From: Candidatus Moraniibacteriota bacterium
GTDB lineage: Bacteria > Patescibacteriota > Minisyncoccia > Moranbacterales > UBA1568
Direction: 5' to 3'
DNA length: 64,000 nt
NCBI GenBank assembly: GCA_028711705.1
Contig: JAQTRS010000001.1
Location: forward strand, 30,581 to 94,580
Both the position numbers and the translations under genes were made by a program. Below the pieces are notes generated by a model that made no database searches, was not told the DNA's origin, and was given only the letters and a program-made list of their open reading frames with translations. Every line of letters starts with the position of its first letter. The first letter of the stretch is position 1. This document shows positions 18,199-27,638 of the stretch, in pieces.

Positions 18199-18924
18199 GT
18201 GTGTGTGATGTCGGATAAAACGATGAATGCGATGAAGCGAAAGGCTGCTCCATTGAAGTTAAGGGCGGTTGCGGCGAGGCTGAGGAATGTGAAGCATGCG
18301 AAGAGGCTGGCTGCGGCGATGGAAAGATTGATGGCATCCAATGATAAGATGGACAAATTGGATGGGCTGATATGGAGTTTGGATGGAATGTATCCCGGGT
18401 TTGTAAAGCGGCTGGTGAAGTCGCTTCTGGAAAACCATATACGGGGGTTGCTTCCTGAAAAGATAGCCACGCACACCGACTTCGAGAGGATATTCTCGGG
18501 CGAGCGGTATTGCTTCGGGACCGAACCGGGCCAGATGCTGAAATACGACCTGCTGCAATGCCGGCAGCGTCGGATTATCCCGTTCGATGGGTTCATGCTG
18601 AGGTGTTATAACTGGGCCTATGAGCGGCCGACGCATGGCTATGTCAAAAAGGCGATGGCCGCGTATCTTCACTTTTGGTATCATGCGCATGTTCAGGCGC
18701 TTGCTGCCGCCAGGAATGCCCTGATGGACAGACGCGTTGCCGCATTCGATTATACGATGGATTGCCTTCGTGCTCGGGCCGCTTCCCCGGAGGATATTGC
18801 GGAGTTGGCGGCGGCCGCCGACGAGGCGAATGCGCTCGTTGCGGCGCTCGTACATGAGATGAAAAAGAAAATGGTGCAGGAAAAGCTGGTGAAAATAGCA
18901 CAAAATCATGCGGAACTCGCATGA
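18199..18924 (+). CDS. Paralog-array protein 4, a divergent member with an extended basic N-terminus.
   Basis: LDGLIWSLDGMYPGFVKRLVKSLLENHIRGLLPEKI aligns to the PEFSGIL...LPEAI block of units 1-3. It carries the same promoter, UTR and SD cassette upstream. Confidence 0.5.
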   Translation: MCVMSDKTMNAMKRKAAPLKLRAVAARLRNVKHAKRLAAAMERLMASNDKMDKLDGLIWSLDGMYPGFVKRLVKSLLENHIRGLLPEKIATHTDFERIFSGERYCFGTEPGQMLKYDLLQCRQRRIIPFDGFMLRCYNWAYERPTHGYVKKAMAAYLHFWYHAHVQALAAARNALMDRRVAAFDYTMDCLRARAASPEDIAELAAAADEANALVAALVHEMKKKMVQEKLVKIAQNHAELA

Positions 18925-18933
18925 AAAGCGGCG

Positions 18934-18969
18934 GACTGATCAATCGTATCGATTGACAGTCCGTTTTTC
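18934..18969 (+). terminator. Terminator closing the paralog array (imperfect GGACTGATCAATCG/CGATTGACAGTCC hairpin + GTTTTT)
   Basis: Read from the sequence. Confidence 0.5.
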
Positions 18970-19047
18970 TTTATCCGACCGCGCTTTGTCATTTGGGGGG
19001 CGGCACGGTATAATGGGGGTAATGAACCATATATAAACTACATCTCT

Positions 19048-20223
19048 ATGCGCGTGGGCATCAACGCATCGTTTTTGCGGAAGCCGTCGACCGGCATCGG
19101 CCAGGTGACGCGGCATTTCCTCGAAGAGCTCTCAAAAAATCCCGATGTCGTGTCCAAGCCGGAAGGGGAGGATGTCGAATTCATCGTGTATCTTGAGGAG
19201 GCTCTGCCTGCAGGGCTGCGATTATCCTCGAGGTTTTCGGTGCGGGCGTTCCTGCCGTTTCTGTGGAAGCGCGATGATCTGATCCGCAAGATGCTGTGGG
19301 AAAAGGTGTCGCTGCCGAGACGTGCCAAGGCGGACGGCTGCGATGTGCTACTCAGCCTGTATCAGTCCGCGACCGTGGCGCCCAAGGGGACGCGGCATGT
19401 CATGCTGGTGCACGATATCATCCCGCGGATCTTTCCGGAGTACCTGAACAATTCCCGCAAGCGGACGTATCAGCGCCTGATCGAGGCCGCCATCAAGAAA
19501 GCAGACAAAATCGCGGTAGTTTCGGCCTATACCCGCAACGACCTGGTGGCGCAGCTTGGCATCATGTCGCGCGACGTGTCCGTTTGCTATGTCGATGTCG
19601 ATCCGCTGTTTCGCAAGTCCGTTTCGATCGGCAGGGCGCATGACGTGATGCGGAAGTATCACCTGCATCCGGGATATATCTATCTGGGCGGCGGATTGGA
19701 GAAGCGCAAGAATGCGGAAGGATTGCTGTATGCCTATGCCGCGCTCCTCAAGACAAACAAGAAGCAGGAGTTCATCCACGATATGCCCAAGCTCGTGATT
19801 TCCGGGAAACTGATGCCAGAACTTGCGCCGCTTATCGTGGATGTGGAGGCGCTGGTCAAGCAGTTGAATCTGACGGGGCAAGTGAAGATTTTGGGATTCG
19901 TGCCGCAAGAGGAGCTGCCGGCGCTGTATAAGCAAGCCCTGTTTTTCGTGTTCCCGTCTTTGTATGAGGGGTTCGGCCTGCCGGTGCTCGAGGCGATGAG
20001 TCAGGGCACGCCGGTGCTTACCTCTCACACCACATCGCTTCCCGAGGTGGGCGCGGATACGGTGATGTACTGCGATCCGAGCGATGTGTCGGATATGGCG
20101 CGGGCCCTTCGGAAGCTGTTGCTCGACAAGGAGTATCGCGCCGCGCTGGGAGCCCGCGGCAAGGTTCGGTCTCAAGAGTTTTCTTGGGGGAAGTTCGCCA
20201 AAAGGATAGCGAGGATGGTCTAA
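19048..20223 (+). CDS. Glycosyltransferase family 4
   Basis: Contains FVFPSLYEGFGLPVLEAMSQGTPVLTS (the GT4 EX7E region). ~390 aa. Confidence 0.85.
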   Translation: MRVGINASFLRKPSTGIGQVTRHFLEELSKNPDVVSKPEGEDVEFIVYLEEALPAGLRLSSRFSVRAFLPFLWKRDDLIRKMLWEKVSLPRRAKADGCDVLLSLYQSATVAPKGTRHVMLVHDIIPRIFPEYLNNSRKRTYQRLIEAAIKKADKIAVVSAYTRNDLVAQLGIMSRDVSVCYVDVDPLFRKSVSIGRAHDVMRKYHLHPGYIYLGGGLEKRKNAEGLLYAYAALLKTNKKQEFIHDMPKLVISGKLMPELAPLIVDVEALVKQLNLTGQVKILGFVPQEELPALYKQALFFVFPSLYEGFGLPVLEAMSQGTPVLTSHTTSLPEVGADTVMYCDPSDVSDMARALRKLLLDKEYRAALGARGKVRSQEFSWGKFAKRIARMV

Positions 20224-20244
20224 TATATTTTCAGGGGAGTATGC

Positions 20245-21882
20245 ATGCGTATGCTGTATAGATTCTTACAATCGATCAACCCGATTAAGATCGCGCTCAT
20301 ATGCGGAAGCGTGCTCTTTTCGTGTGTGCTGATCGCGCTCAATACTATCGGGGTGCTGCCGCTTGCGCTCGGGGACTTTGTGTTCTTTTCCGGCGTCATA
20401 TTTTTGTGCGCCCTGTATCGTCCGGGGTGGGCTTTTCTGTTCTTTATCGGGCTGCTGCCGTTCGAGATCGTGTCCGTCGCGCCCAAAGAAATCGGGGTGC
20501 TGTTGCGGCCCTATCAGTGGGTGGGCACCCTGACGCTCGCAGCGACCATGACGCGCTTCCTTGGAGGGCGGCTTCCGTTCGCCCTGCCGCGAGTGCATCG
20601 TTTGGATATGCTGTTGCCCGTACTGTGGGTCGGGAGCGTGATCGCGGTTTTGGGCGCGCCGGATCGCGGCGTGAGCCTGAAGCAGTCCGCGGTGCTGCTT
20701 TCGTTCATCGCGTTGTATGCGCTGGTGCGGATCTTTATCCGCAATGCCTCGGATGTCAAAAATACCGTCGTGTTCTTCTTGGGTTCGGGGATGATCGTGT
20801 CGCTGTATGCGCTGTGGCAGAATATCCGTTTCGCGCAGGGCATGGACGCGTTCGAGGTGATGGCCGGCCGGCCCAACAGCGTCTTTGCCGAGCCGGATTG
20901 GCTGGGAGTTTTTCTGGCGATATGTATCAGCGCGGTCTATGCGATGCTCTTCGCCTATCGGAAGCCTCGGGTGTATGAGGGTGATGTCTTGAAGCTGTTG
21001 GGTATCGCATCTCCGATCGCCCTGAAGGCCCGCCATATCACCGTGGGCGCCTTGTATGCTCTGCTTGCGTTGCTGTACGTCGCGCTTCTCCTGTCGGTGG
21101 CTCGGAGTGCATGGCTGAGTGTGGCGCTCATTGCCATCGTCGCGACCTTCGCCGTCTTGACCGAAGGCGCCTGGCTGGATGTTTCGCAGTGGAAGTGGAA
21201 AAGAGGGTTTGTGTACGCCGTTGGTATCTTCGGGACATTCATCGCGAGTCTGCTCTTGGTCTTTTCTTTGCATCTCACTTCCTTCCGATTGCTTGATCGG
21301 GCGTCGAGCACAGCGTCGGGCCTGCAGCGGATAACCATCGCATGCCAGGGCGATATCGCTTTGCCGCAAAGCATCGCCTCGGCGGATGAGCTTGCCGCGT
21401 ATGGTTGCCGCCATATCGATCTGGAAGAGAAGGAAAGTGCGGCTTCGGCCGGCGAGGTGGTGAAGGAAATCGATAGGGATGATCCCAATGTCAGTATCCG
21501 CAAAAGCATTTATGCCAAGACGTTCTCGCTGATCAGGGAACACTTCTTTACCGGTATCGGTTTTGGGAGCGTGGCGACGTTTTTGGGGAATGACGAGCGC
21601 GGCACAGGACTCAATACGAGCAATATCTTTTTGGAGGTGTGGCTGGGGAGCGGACTGCTGGGTTTGATGGCGCTGCTCATCATCTGGCTTTCGATCGGCA
21701 TCGTTTCGTTCAGGCGTTTTGCGCTCCTGCGGGCAAGGCCCGATGTGGCGGCGGTGTATCTGTTCCTTTTCCTGTCCTGGCTCGGATTAAGCATCTTCAA
21801 TCTTTTTAATGCCGGCATCTTTTTGGGATTTTTCTGGGCGTGGCTTTCGGTGGCGGTGAGTTTCGTGCACAAGAGGCTCTAG
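20245..21882 (+). CDS. O-antigen ligase / Wzy-like polytopic membrane protein
   Basis: 545 aa with ≥10 hydrophobic segments and a central loop, sandwiched between glycosyltransferases. Confidence 0.5.
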   Translation: MRMLYRFLQSINPIKIALICGSVLFSCVLIALNTIGVLPLALGDFVFFSGVIFLCALYRPGWAFLFFIGLLPFEIVSVAPKEIGVLLRPYQWVGTLTLAATMTRFLGGRLPFALPRVHRLDMLLPVLWVGSVIAVLGAPDRGVSLKQSAVLLSFIALYALVRIFIRNASDVKNTVVFFLGSGMIVSLYALWQNIRFAQGMDAFEVMAGRPNSVFAEPDWLGVFLAICISAVYAMLFAYRKPRVYEGDVLKLLGIASPIALKARHITVGALYALLALLYVALLLSVARSAWLSVALIAIVATFAVLTEGAWLDVSQWKWKRGFVYAVGIFGTFIASLLLVFSLHLTSFRLLDRASSTASGLQRITIACQGDIALPQSIASADELAAYGCRHIDLEEKESAASAGEVVKEIDRDDPNVSIRKSIYAKTFSLIREHFFTGIGFGSVATFLGNDERGTGLNTSNIFLEVWLGSGLLGLMALLIIWLSIGIVSFRRFALLRARPDVAAVYLFLFLSWLGLSIFNLFNAGIFLGFFWAWLSVAVSFVHKRL

Positions 21883-21911
21883 GGCGACATAATATCATTT
21901 GAAACAAGAGC

Positions 21912-23057
21912 ATGAAAATAGGCATCGATATTCGTATGTTGGGAAGAAAACGGACGGGGGACGAGTCGGTGTTTTTCAACATCGTCAAAAATCTAGCCCT
22001 GGTGGACGAGGTGAACGAGTACAGCCTCTTCATCGACAAACGCTCTTCAGAGGAAATCACCGCCATCGTGCAGTCGCTGGGTATCGAGGGAAAGAATAAT
22101 TTCCGCCTGGTCATGCTGCCGGCCAAGAATAAGTTCACGTGGAATTTCTGGATGCTGCCCAGGTATCTGCGCAGGTATCCCGTGGATGTCTATCACACCC
22201 AGTATATCGTCCCGTTTTTCGTGCCTCGGGATATCAAGATTGTGACGCATATCCATGACGTTTCGTTTCACGCGTATCCGCAGTATATCAGCTGGAAGGA
22301 CCGGTTTTTTCTGGACGCCCTGATCCCGCGGAGCCTGAAGCGGGCGGATAAGATTATCGCCGTATCGGAGTTCACGAAACGAGAAATCATGGAGCGCTAT
22401 GCCATCGGGGAGGGCAAGATCTCGGTTGTCCTGAATGCGCTGTCGGATGATTTTCTGCGCTATGAGCCATGCGACCCGGAGCGATCGGCCAGGGTGCGCA
22501 GCAAGTACGCGCTTCCGGAGCGATACATCCTTTATGTCGGGACGCTGCAGCCGCGCAAGAATATCCCGGCGCTGATAGGGGCCTTCGCACGTATCTGTGA
22601 GAAACTTCCCGATATGCAGCTTGTGATTGTCGGCAATCGGAAGGGGCATCACTACGATACAGGCATCGATGCGGCCATCCGCGAGAACAATCTTTCGGAT
22701 CGCATCGTTTTTCCCGGATACGTGGATCAAGAGGATGTGTTTGCGGTGATGCAGGGGGCGTTGGCCTTCGTGTTCCCGTCTTTGTACGAGGGATTCGGCC
22801 TGCCGGTGCTCGAGGCGATGAGTCAGCGGGTGCCTGTGGTGGCTTCGGATATACCGCCGCTGCGCGAGGTTGCGGTCGATGCGGCATTGTTCGCCGATAC
22901 GCGAGACCTTGCCGAATTCTCTGAAATTTTGTATACTATCTCCACTGTGGCAAAAGTTCGCGAAGAACTGATTACCTCTGGAATAAAGCAAATGCAGCGT
23001 TTCTCCTGGCGTGCCAGTGCGAAGCGTTTGCGCGATGTATATGTGTCTTTGATATAA
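21912..23057 (+). CDS. Glycosyltransferase family 4 (paralog of 19048-20223)
   Basis: Contains FVFPSLYEGFGLPVLEAMSQRVPVVAS, a block identical to the first GT4. Confidence 0.85.
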   Translation: MKIGIDIRMLGRKRTGDESVFFNIVKNLALVDEVNEYSLFIDKRSSEEITAIVQSLGIEGKNNFRLVMLPAKNKFTWNFWMLPRYLRRYPVDVYHTQYIVPFFVPRDIKIVTHIHDVSFHAYPQYISWKDRFFLDALIPRSLKRADKIIAVSEFTKREIMERYAIGEGKISVVLNALSDDFLRYEPCDPERSARVRSKYALPERYILYVGTLQPRKNIPALIGAFARICEKLPDMQLVIVGNRKGHHYDTGIDAAIRENNLSDRIVFPGYVDQEDVFAVMQGALAFVFPSLYEGFGLPVLEAMSQRVPVVASDIPPLREVAVDAALFADTRDLAEFSEILYTISTVAKVREELITSGIKQMQRFSWRASAKRLRDVYVSLI

Positions 23058-23066
23058 TTTTTTAGC

Positions 23067-24284
23067 GTGGATATGTCTATGAATCTTTTTCCAAATCGAA
23101 GTAGGGGTGGAGTCGGCCCGATGCAAGGCGCTTCCGGGACAGTCGTCAAGAAAAAAGCCTGGGTGAAATGGGCACTTACCGGCGGGGCCGTGGTGCTTGT
23201 TGTTGGCGGTGCGTTTTTGTGGAAGACGGGATCCGTTCTGAATAAGATCTCTTCGAGCGGGAACATTTTCAGCAGCTTAGCGAAGTCTCTTCCGGGAGTG
23301 AATAAGACGCTCAAGGGTGAAGAGACCGGAAGGATCAATATCGCGCTGTTGGGAATGCGCGGCGAGCATATGGATGGCGGCGGGCTCTTGGCGGATACTA
23401 TCATGGTGATGAGTATCCATCCTTCCAAGGGAGAAGGCGACCAGCCGAAGGTTTCGCTCGTGTCCGTGCCGCGCGATCTGTATGTGACCATGCCGGGAAC
23501 ATCCGATCAGATGAAGATCAACGCCGTGCATGCGCTCAACGAAGAGAAGGGTAAGGGCCAGGGCATGAAGGGTATGGAAGCGATTCTTTCCGAAGTGACC
23601 GGCGTGCCGATCGACTACGCCATCAGCATCAGCTTCAAGGGCTTCACCGATCTGGTGAATGCGGTCGGCGGTATCGATGTGACGCTCAAGGAACCGTTCA
23701 ATGAAAGCGTGCAATTCCGTCAGCCGCATGTGTGTGATCCGTATGTGTTCAATGTGCCGACCAGTCCGCAACAGTTCGAGAACAAGTATCATGTACGCCA
23801 GGACGGTACGCGTTATGTCGCGAAGTCATACCCGCTCTGCTATAACAAGGATGTCGAATGCGGCGGTATGTTCGAGCTTCCCGCCGGAGTCAATCACCTT
23901 GCGGGGGATAGGGCTCTGTGTTTCGCTCGTGCCCGCTATACTTCCAACGACTTCGAACGCGCCCGCAGGCAGCAGCTCGTCTTGCAATCGCTCAAGGAAA
24001 AAGCGCTCAGTGCCGGAACCCTGACCGATTTCGGCAAGGTAAATGCCATCATCGATGCGCTCGGTGATAATGTGCGTACCGATATGGAAGGCTGGGAGCT
24101 CAAGCAATTGTTCGAAATTTATCAGAAAATGGGCAATGCCCCGCAATTGACGCAGAAGGTTCTGGAAGATTCCGAGGAAGGATTGCTTCACGCGCCGGAG
24201 GCTACTAAGGAAACCGGCTATATCCTCTTGCCGCGCGGCGACAACTATGATCGAATCCATGCATTGTTTAATTCATTGCCGTAA
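23067..24284 (+). CDS. LytR-CpsA-Psr (LCP) family protein
   Basis: N-terminal TM segment, then INIALLGMRGEHMDGGGLLADTIMVMSIHP...VSLVSVPRDLYV, the LCP signature. Confidence 0.8.
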   Translation: MDMSMNLFPNRSRGGVGPMQGASGTVVKKKAWVKWALTGGAVVLVVGGAFLWKTGSVLNKISSSGNIFSSLAKSLPGVNKTLKGEETGRINIALLGMRGEHMDGGGLLADTIMVMSIHPSKGEGDQPKVSLVSVPRDLYVTMPGTSDQMKINAVHALNEEKGKGQGMKGMEAILSEVTGVPIDYAISISFKGFTDLVNAVGGIDVTLKEPFNESVQFRQPHVCDPYVFNVPTSPQQFENKYHVRQDGTRYVAKSYPLCYNKDVECGGMFELPAGVNHLAGDRALCFARARYTSNDFERARRQQLVLQSLKEKALSAGTLTDFGKVNAIIDALGDNVRTDMEGWELKQLFEIYQKMGNAPQLTQKVLEDSEEGLLHAPEATKETGYILLPRGDNYDRIHALFNSLP

Positions 24285-24290
24285 TAGCAA

Positions 24291-25118
24291 GTGTTCTCTA
24301 TGCAGCCAGTCGATGTTTCCATCGCCATCAACAGTTACAAGAATACGGAGCTTCTCAGGCTCTGTATCGAGTCCATCAAAAGAAACGTGAAAGGCGTTTC
24401 TTTTGAGGTTATCGTCGTGGATGGGGAAACGGAAGAATCCACGGCCATGATGATGCGCGAGGATTTTCCGGATGTCCGGTTCTTTTCCTTCGCCGAGAAT
24501 GTCGGATTCCGGCGCCTGGTCCAGAAGGGGCTGGAGATGAGCCGGGGCTCATATGCGCTTTTGCTCAACAGCGATATCATCGTGACGCCGGGCGTGGTGG
24601 AAGAGATGTACGCCTTTTTGAAGGGTCGGCCGGATATCGGTATGGTGGGACCCAAGCTTTTGGGTTTCAATGAGCTGTTCCAGGAATCATGCTTCCGTTT
24701 CTATAAGCCGATAACCATACTCTACCGACGGACATTCTTGGGGCGCTTCGGTTTCGCCAAACGGCATATCGATTGGTTCTTGATGCGCGATTACGATCAT
24801 AAGCATCCGCAGGAAGTGGATTGGCTGATGGGATCGGCGATGATGGTGTCGCAAGCGTCCGTGCGGAAGGTGGGCTTTATGGACGAGCGGTTTTTCATGT
24901 ATATGGAGGATGTGGATTGGTGCCGAAGATTTTGGGAAAACGGGTACAAGGTGGTGTATTACCCGTATGCGCATATGTACCACTATCACGGCAAAGGAAG
25001 CGCTCGGGGAGGCTTTTTGCGTTCGCTTCTGTTCAATAAGCTGATGTGGTATCACATCGCGAGCGCATTCAAATATTTCAAGAAGTATCGAGGAAAGCCA
25101 TTGCCATCGCATGATTAA
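24291..25118 (+). CDS. Glycosyltransferase family 2
   Basis: VSIAINSYKNTELLRLCIESI...VIVVDGETEE, DXD-type motifs and the GT2 layout. Confidence 0.8.
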   Translation: MFSMQPVDVSIAINSYKNTELLRLCIESIKRNVKGVSFEVIVVDGETEESTAMMMREDFPDVRFFSFAENVGFRRLVQKGLEMSRGSYALLLNSDIIVTPGVVEEMYAFLKGRPDIGMVGPKLLGFNELFQESCFRFYKPITILYRRTFLGRFGFAKRHIDWFLMRDYDHKHPQEVDWLMGSAMMVSQASVRKVGFMDERFFMYMEDVDWCRRFWENGYKVVYYPYAHMYHYHGKGSARGGFLRSLLFNKLMWYHIASAFKYFKKYRGKPLPSHD

Positions 25119-25136
25119 ATAACATGAAGACACATT

Positions 25137-26429
25137 ATGGAAATGAACACTAAAGAAAACAATGCAGGTCCCAGGCGCGTTTCGAGAAAATCCCAGCTCG
25201 TGCCGCTCATCGTCATGATTCTTCTGATGACAGGGTCGTTTTGGGTCGGTTTCGAGCGGGGTGCTCAGAAGGCCTGTGTGGCCAAGGACGCTTCTTCGGC
25301 AAGCGATGCGGTCGTTTCTCCGCAGGGCGCGTTTATTTTGAATAAGAACGATGACCATGCCGTCGATTTCAGCCTGTTTTGGAAATCATGGGATCTGCTC
25401 AAGGACAAGTATGTCGATCGGGCAAAGCTTGATGCCAATGAGATGATGTATGGCGCCATCAAGGGCATGCTCGCTTCGACTGGGGATCCGTATACGACGT
25501 TTTTTGATCCGAAAGAGAACAAGGAATTCCAAGAGGAGATGACCGGAAGCTTCCAGGGCATCGGGGCCGAGATCGGCATGAAAGACAATGTCTTGACCAT
25601 CGTGGCGCCGCTGGATGATTCTCCGGCGCAGAAGGCCGGTCTTCAGGCAGGAGACAAGATCCTCAAGATTGACGATGTGACGACGATGGATATGGATTTG
25701 AACAAGGCGGTGAGCTTGATTCGTGGTGAAAAGGGAACCGAGGTGAAGCTGACGATTTTTCGTAATGGCAGCGATGAGCAGACCAAGGAGGTATCGGTCA
25801 AGCGCGACGTTATCAGCGTGAAAAGCGTGAAGACCGAAGTGAGGGATGACGGTATCGCGGTTATCAAAGTGAGCCGATTCGGCGACGATACCGCCGAGGC
25901 CTTCAATCAGGCTATCGCGGATGTCGCTGCGAAAAAAAGCCGCGGCCTAATTCTCGATCTGCGCAATAATCCTGGAGGATACCTGGATGCCGCCGTGTCT
26001 ATGGCGAGCCTCATGCTTCCCGAGGACAAGGTGGTCGTGATGGAGGAGAACAGCAAGGGTGATCGCAAGAAGATGTATGCCAAGGGCGGCGATAAGGTGA
26101 GCGGCATCGAGACGGTGGTGCTCATCAATGAAGGAAGCGCCAGTGCTTCGGAAATCCTTGCCGGTGCGCTTCAGGACAATCGCGCCAATGTGACGCTCAT
26201 AGGAAAGAAATCTTTCGGCAAAGGTTCGGTTCAGGAGCTGGTGCCGGTCACCAAGGATACGTCGGTCAAGATTACCGTAGCCAGGTGGCTGACTCCTAAT
26301 GGCAAGCAGATCAATCATGAAGGTATTGCACCGAGTGTCGATATCGAAATCAGCGAAGATGACAGAAAAGCGCAGAAAGATCCGCAATTCGACAAAGCGG
26401 TCGAGGTTTTGCAGGAAAAAATGCAATAA
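25137..26429 (+). CDS. ctpA: C-terminal processing peptidase, S41 family, with PDZ domain
   Basis: PDZ segment (DDSPAQKAGLQAGDKILKIDD). S41 motifs LILDLRNNPGGYL and GASASASEILAGAL. Confidence 0.85.
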   Translation: MEMNTKENNAGPRRVSRKSQLVPLIVMILLMTGSFWVGFERGAQKACVAKDASSASDAVVSPQGAFILNKNDDHAVDFSLFWKSWDLLKDKYVDRAKLDANEMMYGAIKGMLASTGDPYTTFFDPKENKEFQEEMTGSFQGIGAEIGMKDNVLTIVAPLDDSPAQKAGLQAGDKILKIDDVTTMDMDLNKAVSLIRGEKGTEVKLTIFRNGSDEQTKEVSVKRDVISVKSVKTEVRDDGIAVIKVSRFGDDTAEAFNQAIADVAAKKSRGLILDLRNNPGGYLDAAVSMASLMLPEDKVVVMEENSKGDRKKMYAKGGDKVSGIETVVLINEGSASASEILAGALQDNRANVTLIGKKSFGKGSVQELVPVTKDTSVKITVARWLTPNGKQINHEGIAPSVDIEISEDDRKAQKDPQFDKAVEVLQEKMQ

Positions 26430-26561
26430 AATAGCTTATCAGAGCCATTGTTCCGGTGTTTTTCGTGCGGGGTGTGAAAAGGAAGTAGCGGATACTTGAC
26501 AAAAACATAGAATATGTACTAATGTATATTGATAGTATCATTCAGTAAGCAATATGTTTCT

Positions 26562-27581
26562 ATGGAATCTTTTTACATTCAGTTCGAAAAACTCACCGGA
26601 AATCTGATGGAGCGCTCTCAGGACATATTGCGCGAGCGTTTCGGCGTGGTGGACGGCAAGGCGAAGACGCTCGAAGAGATCGGTAAGAAGTACCGTATCA
26701 CCAGGGAGCGGGTGCGTCAGATTATCCGCAGCTCGCTGAAGGACATCCAGGCCCGTAGTAAGAACCGTTTCCAGGAGGTGGCGCAGGTTTTCGAATCGAC
26801 GGTACGTGCGAGAAGCGGCATCATAAGCGAAGCCGACCTTGTGGCGGCCCTGGGCAAGGGGGATGCCAAGGAAGTGGCGGCACTCTCTTTCTTTTTGGAG
26901 TGCCTTTCTGTCGTGCGACTCATCAAGGAGGATAGGCGCATGAAGCGATCCTATGCCCTGAAGGGTTTTTCCGTGGAGGAATGGTCCGCATCGATGAAGA
27001 AGGTCGTGAGCGTGCTTGAGGAGGAGAATGGCGCTATCGAGAAGAAGGATCTGTTCAAGAAGTTTTCCCAGAAATATCCGAGCGATGGGAAGGAGCAGGA
27101 GTTTTTTGACTACATCGCCGTATCCAAGGAAGTGAAGCGCAATGCTTTCGGGAAATTCGGCCTCGTGTTCTGGAGCGATATCTCGCCCAAGGGTACCCGC
27201 GAAAAGGCGTATCTGGTGATGAAGGCCACGAACAAACCGCTTCATTTCCGTGAAATCACCACGCTGATCGACGAATACGGCCTCAATAAGAATAGCAAGA
27301 AGAAGACGCATCCGCAGACCGTGCACAACGAGCTTATCAAGGATAACCGTTTTATCCTCGTGGGACGCGGTATCTATGCGCTCTCCGAGTGGGGGTATGC
27401 CCAAGGGACGGTGCGCGAGGTGGTGGGTGAAGTGCTGCGCAAGCATGCCTCGCCTATGCAGCGGACCGATATCATCAAGGAGGTCTTGGCGCTCCGCCAG
27501 GTCAAGAAATCGACCATTGTCATCAATCTCAATACGTTCTTTGCCAAAGTCGGCAAGGACGCTTATACTTTAAAGAAGTAG
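26562..27581 (+). CDS. DNA-binding protein with an N-terminal sigma-70 region-4-like HTH and a C-terminal HARE-HTH-like domain
   Basis: [28 protein letters not shown] matches the sigma70_r4 pattern. The C-terminal [16 protein letters not shown] matches the HARE-HTH hallmark. No sigma region 2 is present. Confidence 0.5.
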   Translation: MESFYIQFEKLTGNLMERSQDILRERFGVVDGKAKTLEEIGKKYRITRERVRQIIRSSLKDIQARSKNRFQEVAQVFESTVRARSGIISEADLVAALGKGDAKEVAALSFFLECLSVVRLIKEDRRMKRSYALKGFSVEEWSASMKKVVSVLEEENGAIEKKDLFKKFSQKYPSDGKEQEFFDYIAVSKEVKRNAFGKFGLVFWSDISPKGTREKAYLVMKATNKPLHFREITTLIDEYGLNKNSKKKTHPQTVHNELIKDNRFILVGRGIYALSEWGYAQGTVREVVGEVLRKHASPMQRTDIIKEVLALRQVKKSTIVINLNTFFAKVGKDAYTLKK

Positions 27582-27638
27582 TGCCCCTAAAAAAAGCGCT
27601 GCTTCTGAAATACAAAACTGTAAATTAAAAGCCACGCC

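Noticed and set aside
15279-18909. Long minus-strand ORFs antisense to the paralog array (e.g. 15279-15842, 16559-17209, 18259-18909)
   Set aside because: GC-rich coding DNA commonly yields long antisense frames. Paralogy, Shine-Dalgarno sites, promoters and terminators all support the plus strand.
15727-18969. Possibility that the four-unit tandem repeat is a CRISPR array or an IS cluster
   Set aside because: The units are about 800 bp and protein-coding. There are no short direct repeats with spacers, no transposase and no terminal inverted repeats.
19348-23491. Minus-strand ORFs of 275-425 aa antisense to the GT4, Wzy-like and LCP genes (19348-20175, 20266-21543, 22047-23126, 22823-23491)
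   Set aside because: The plus-strand genes have clear family motifs. The antisense frames are Arg/His-rich products typical of GC-rich antisense artefacts.
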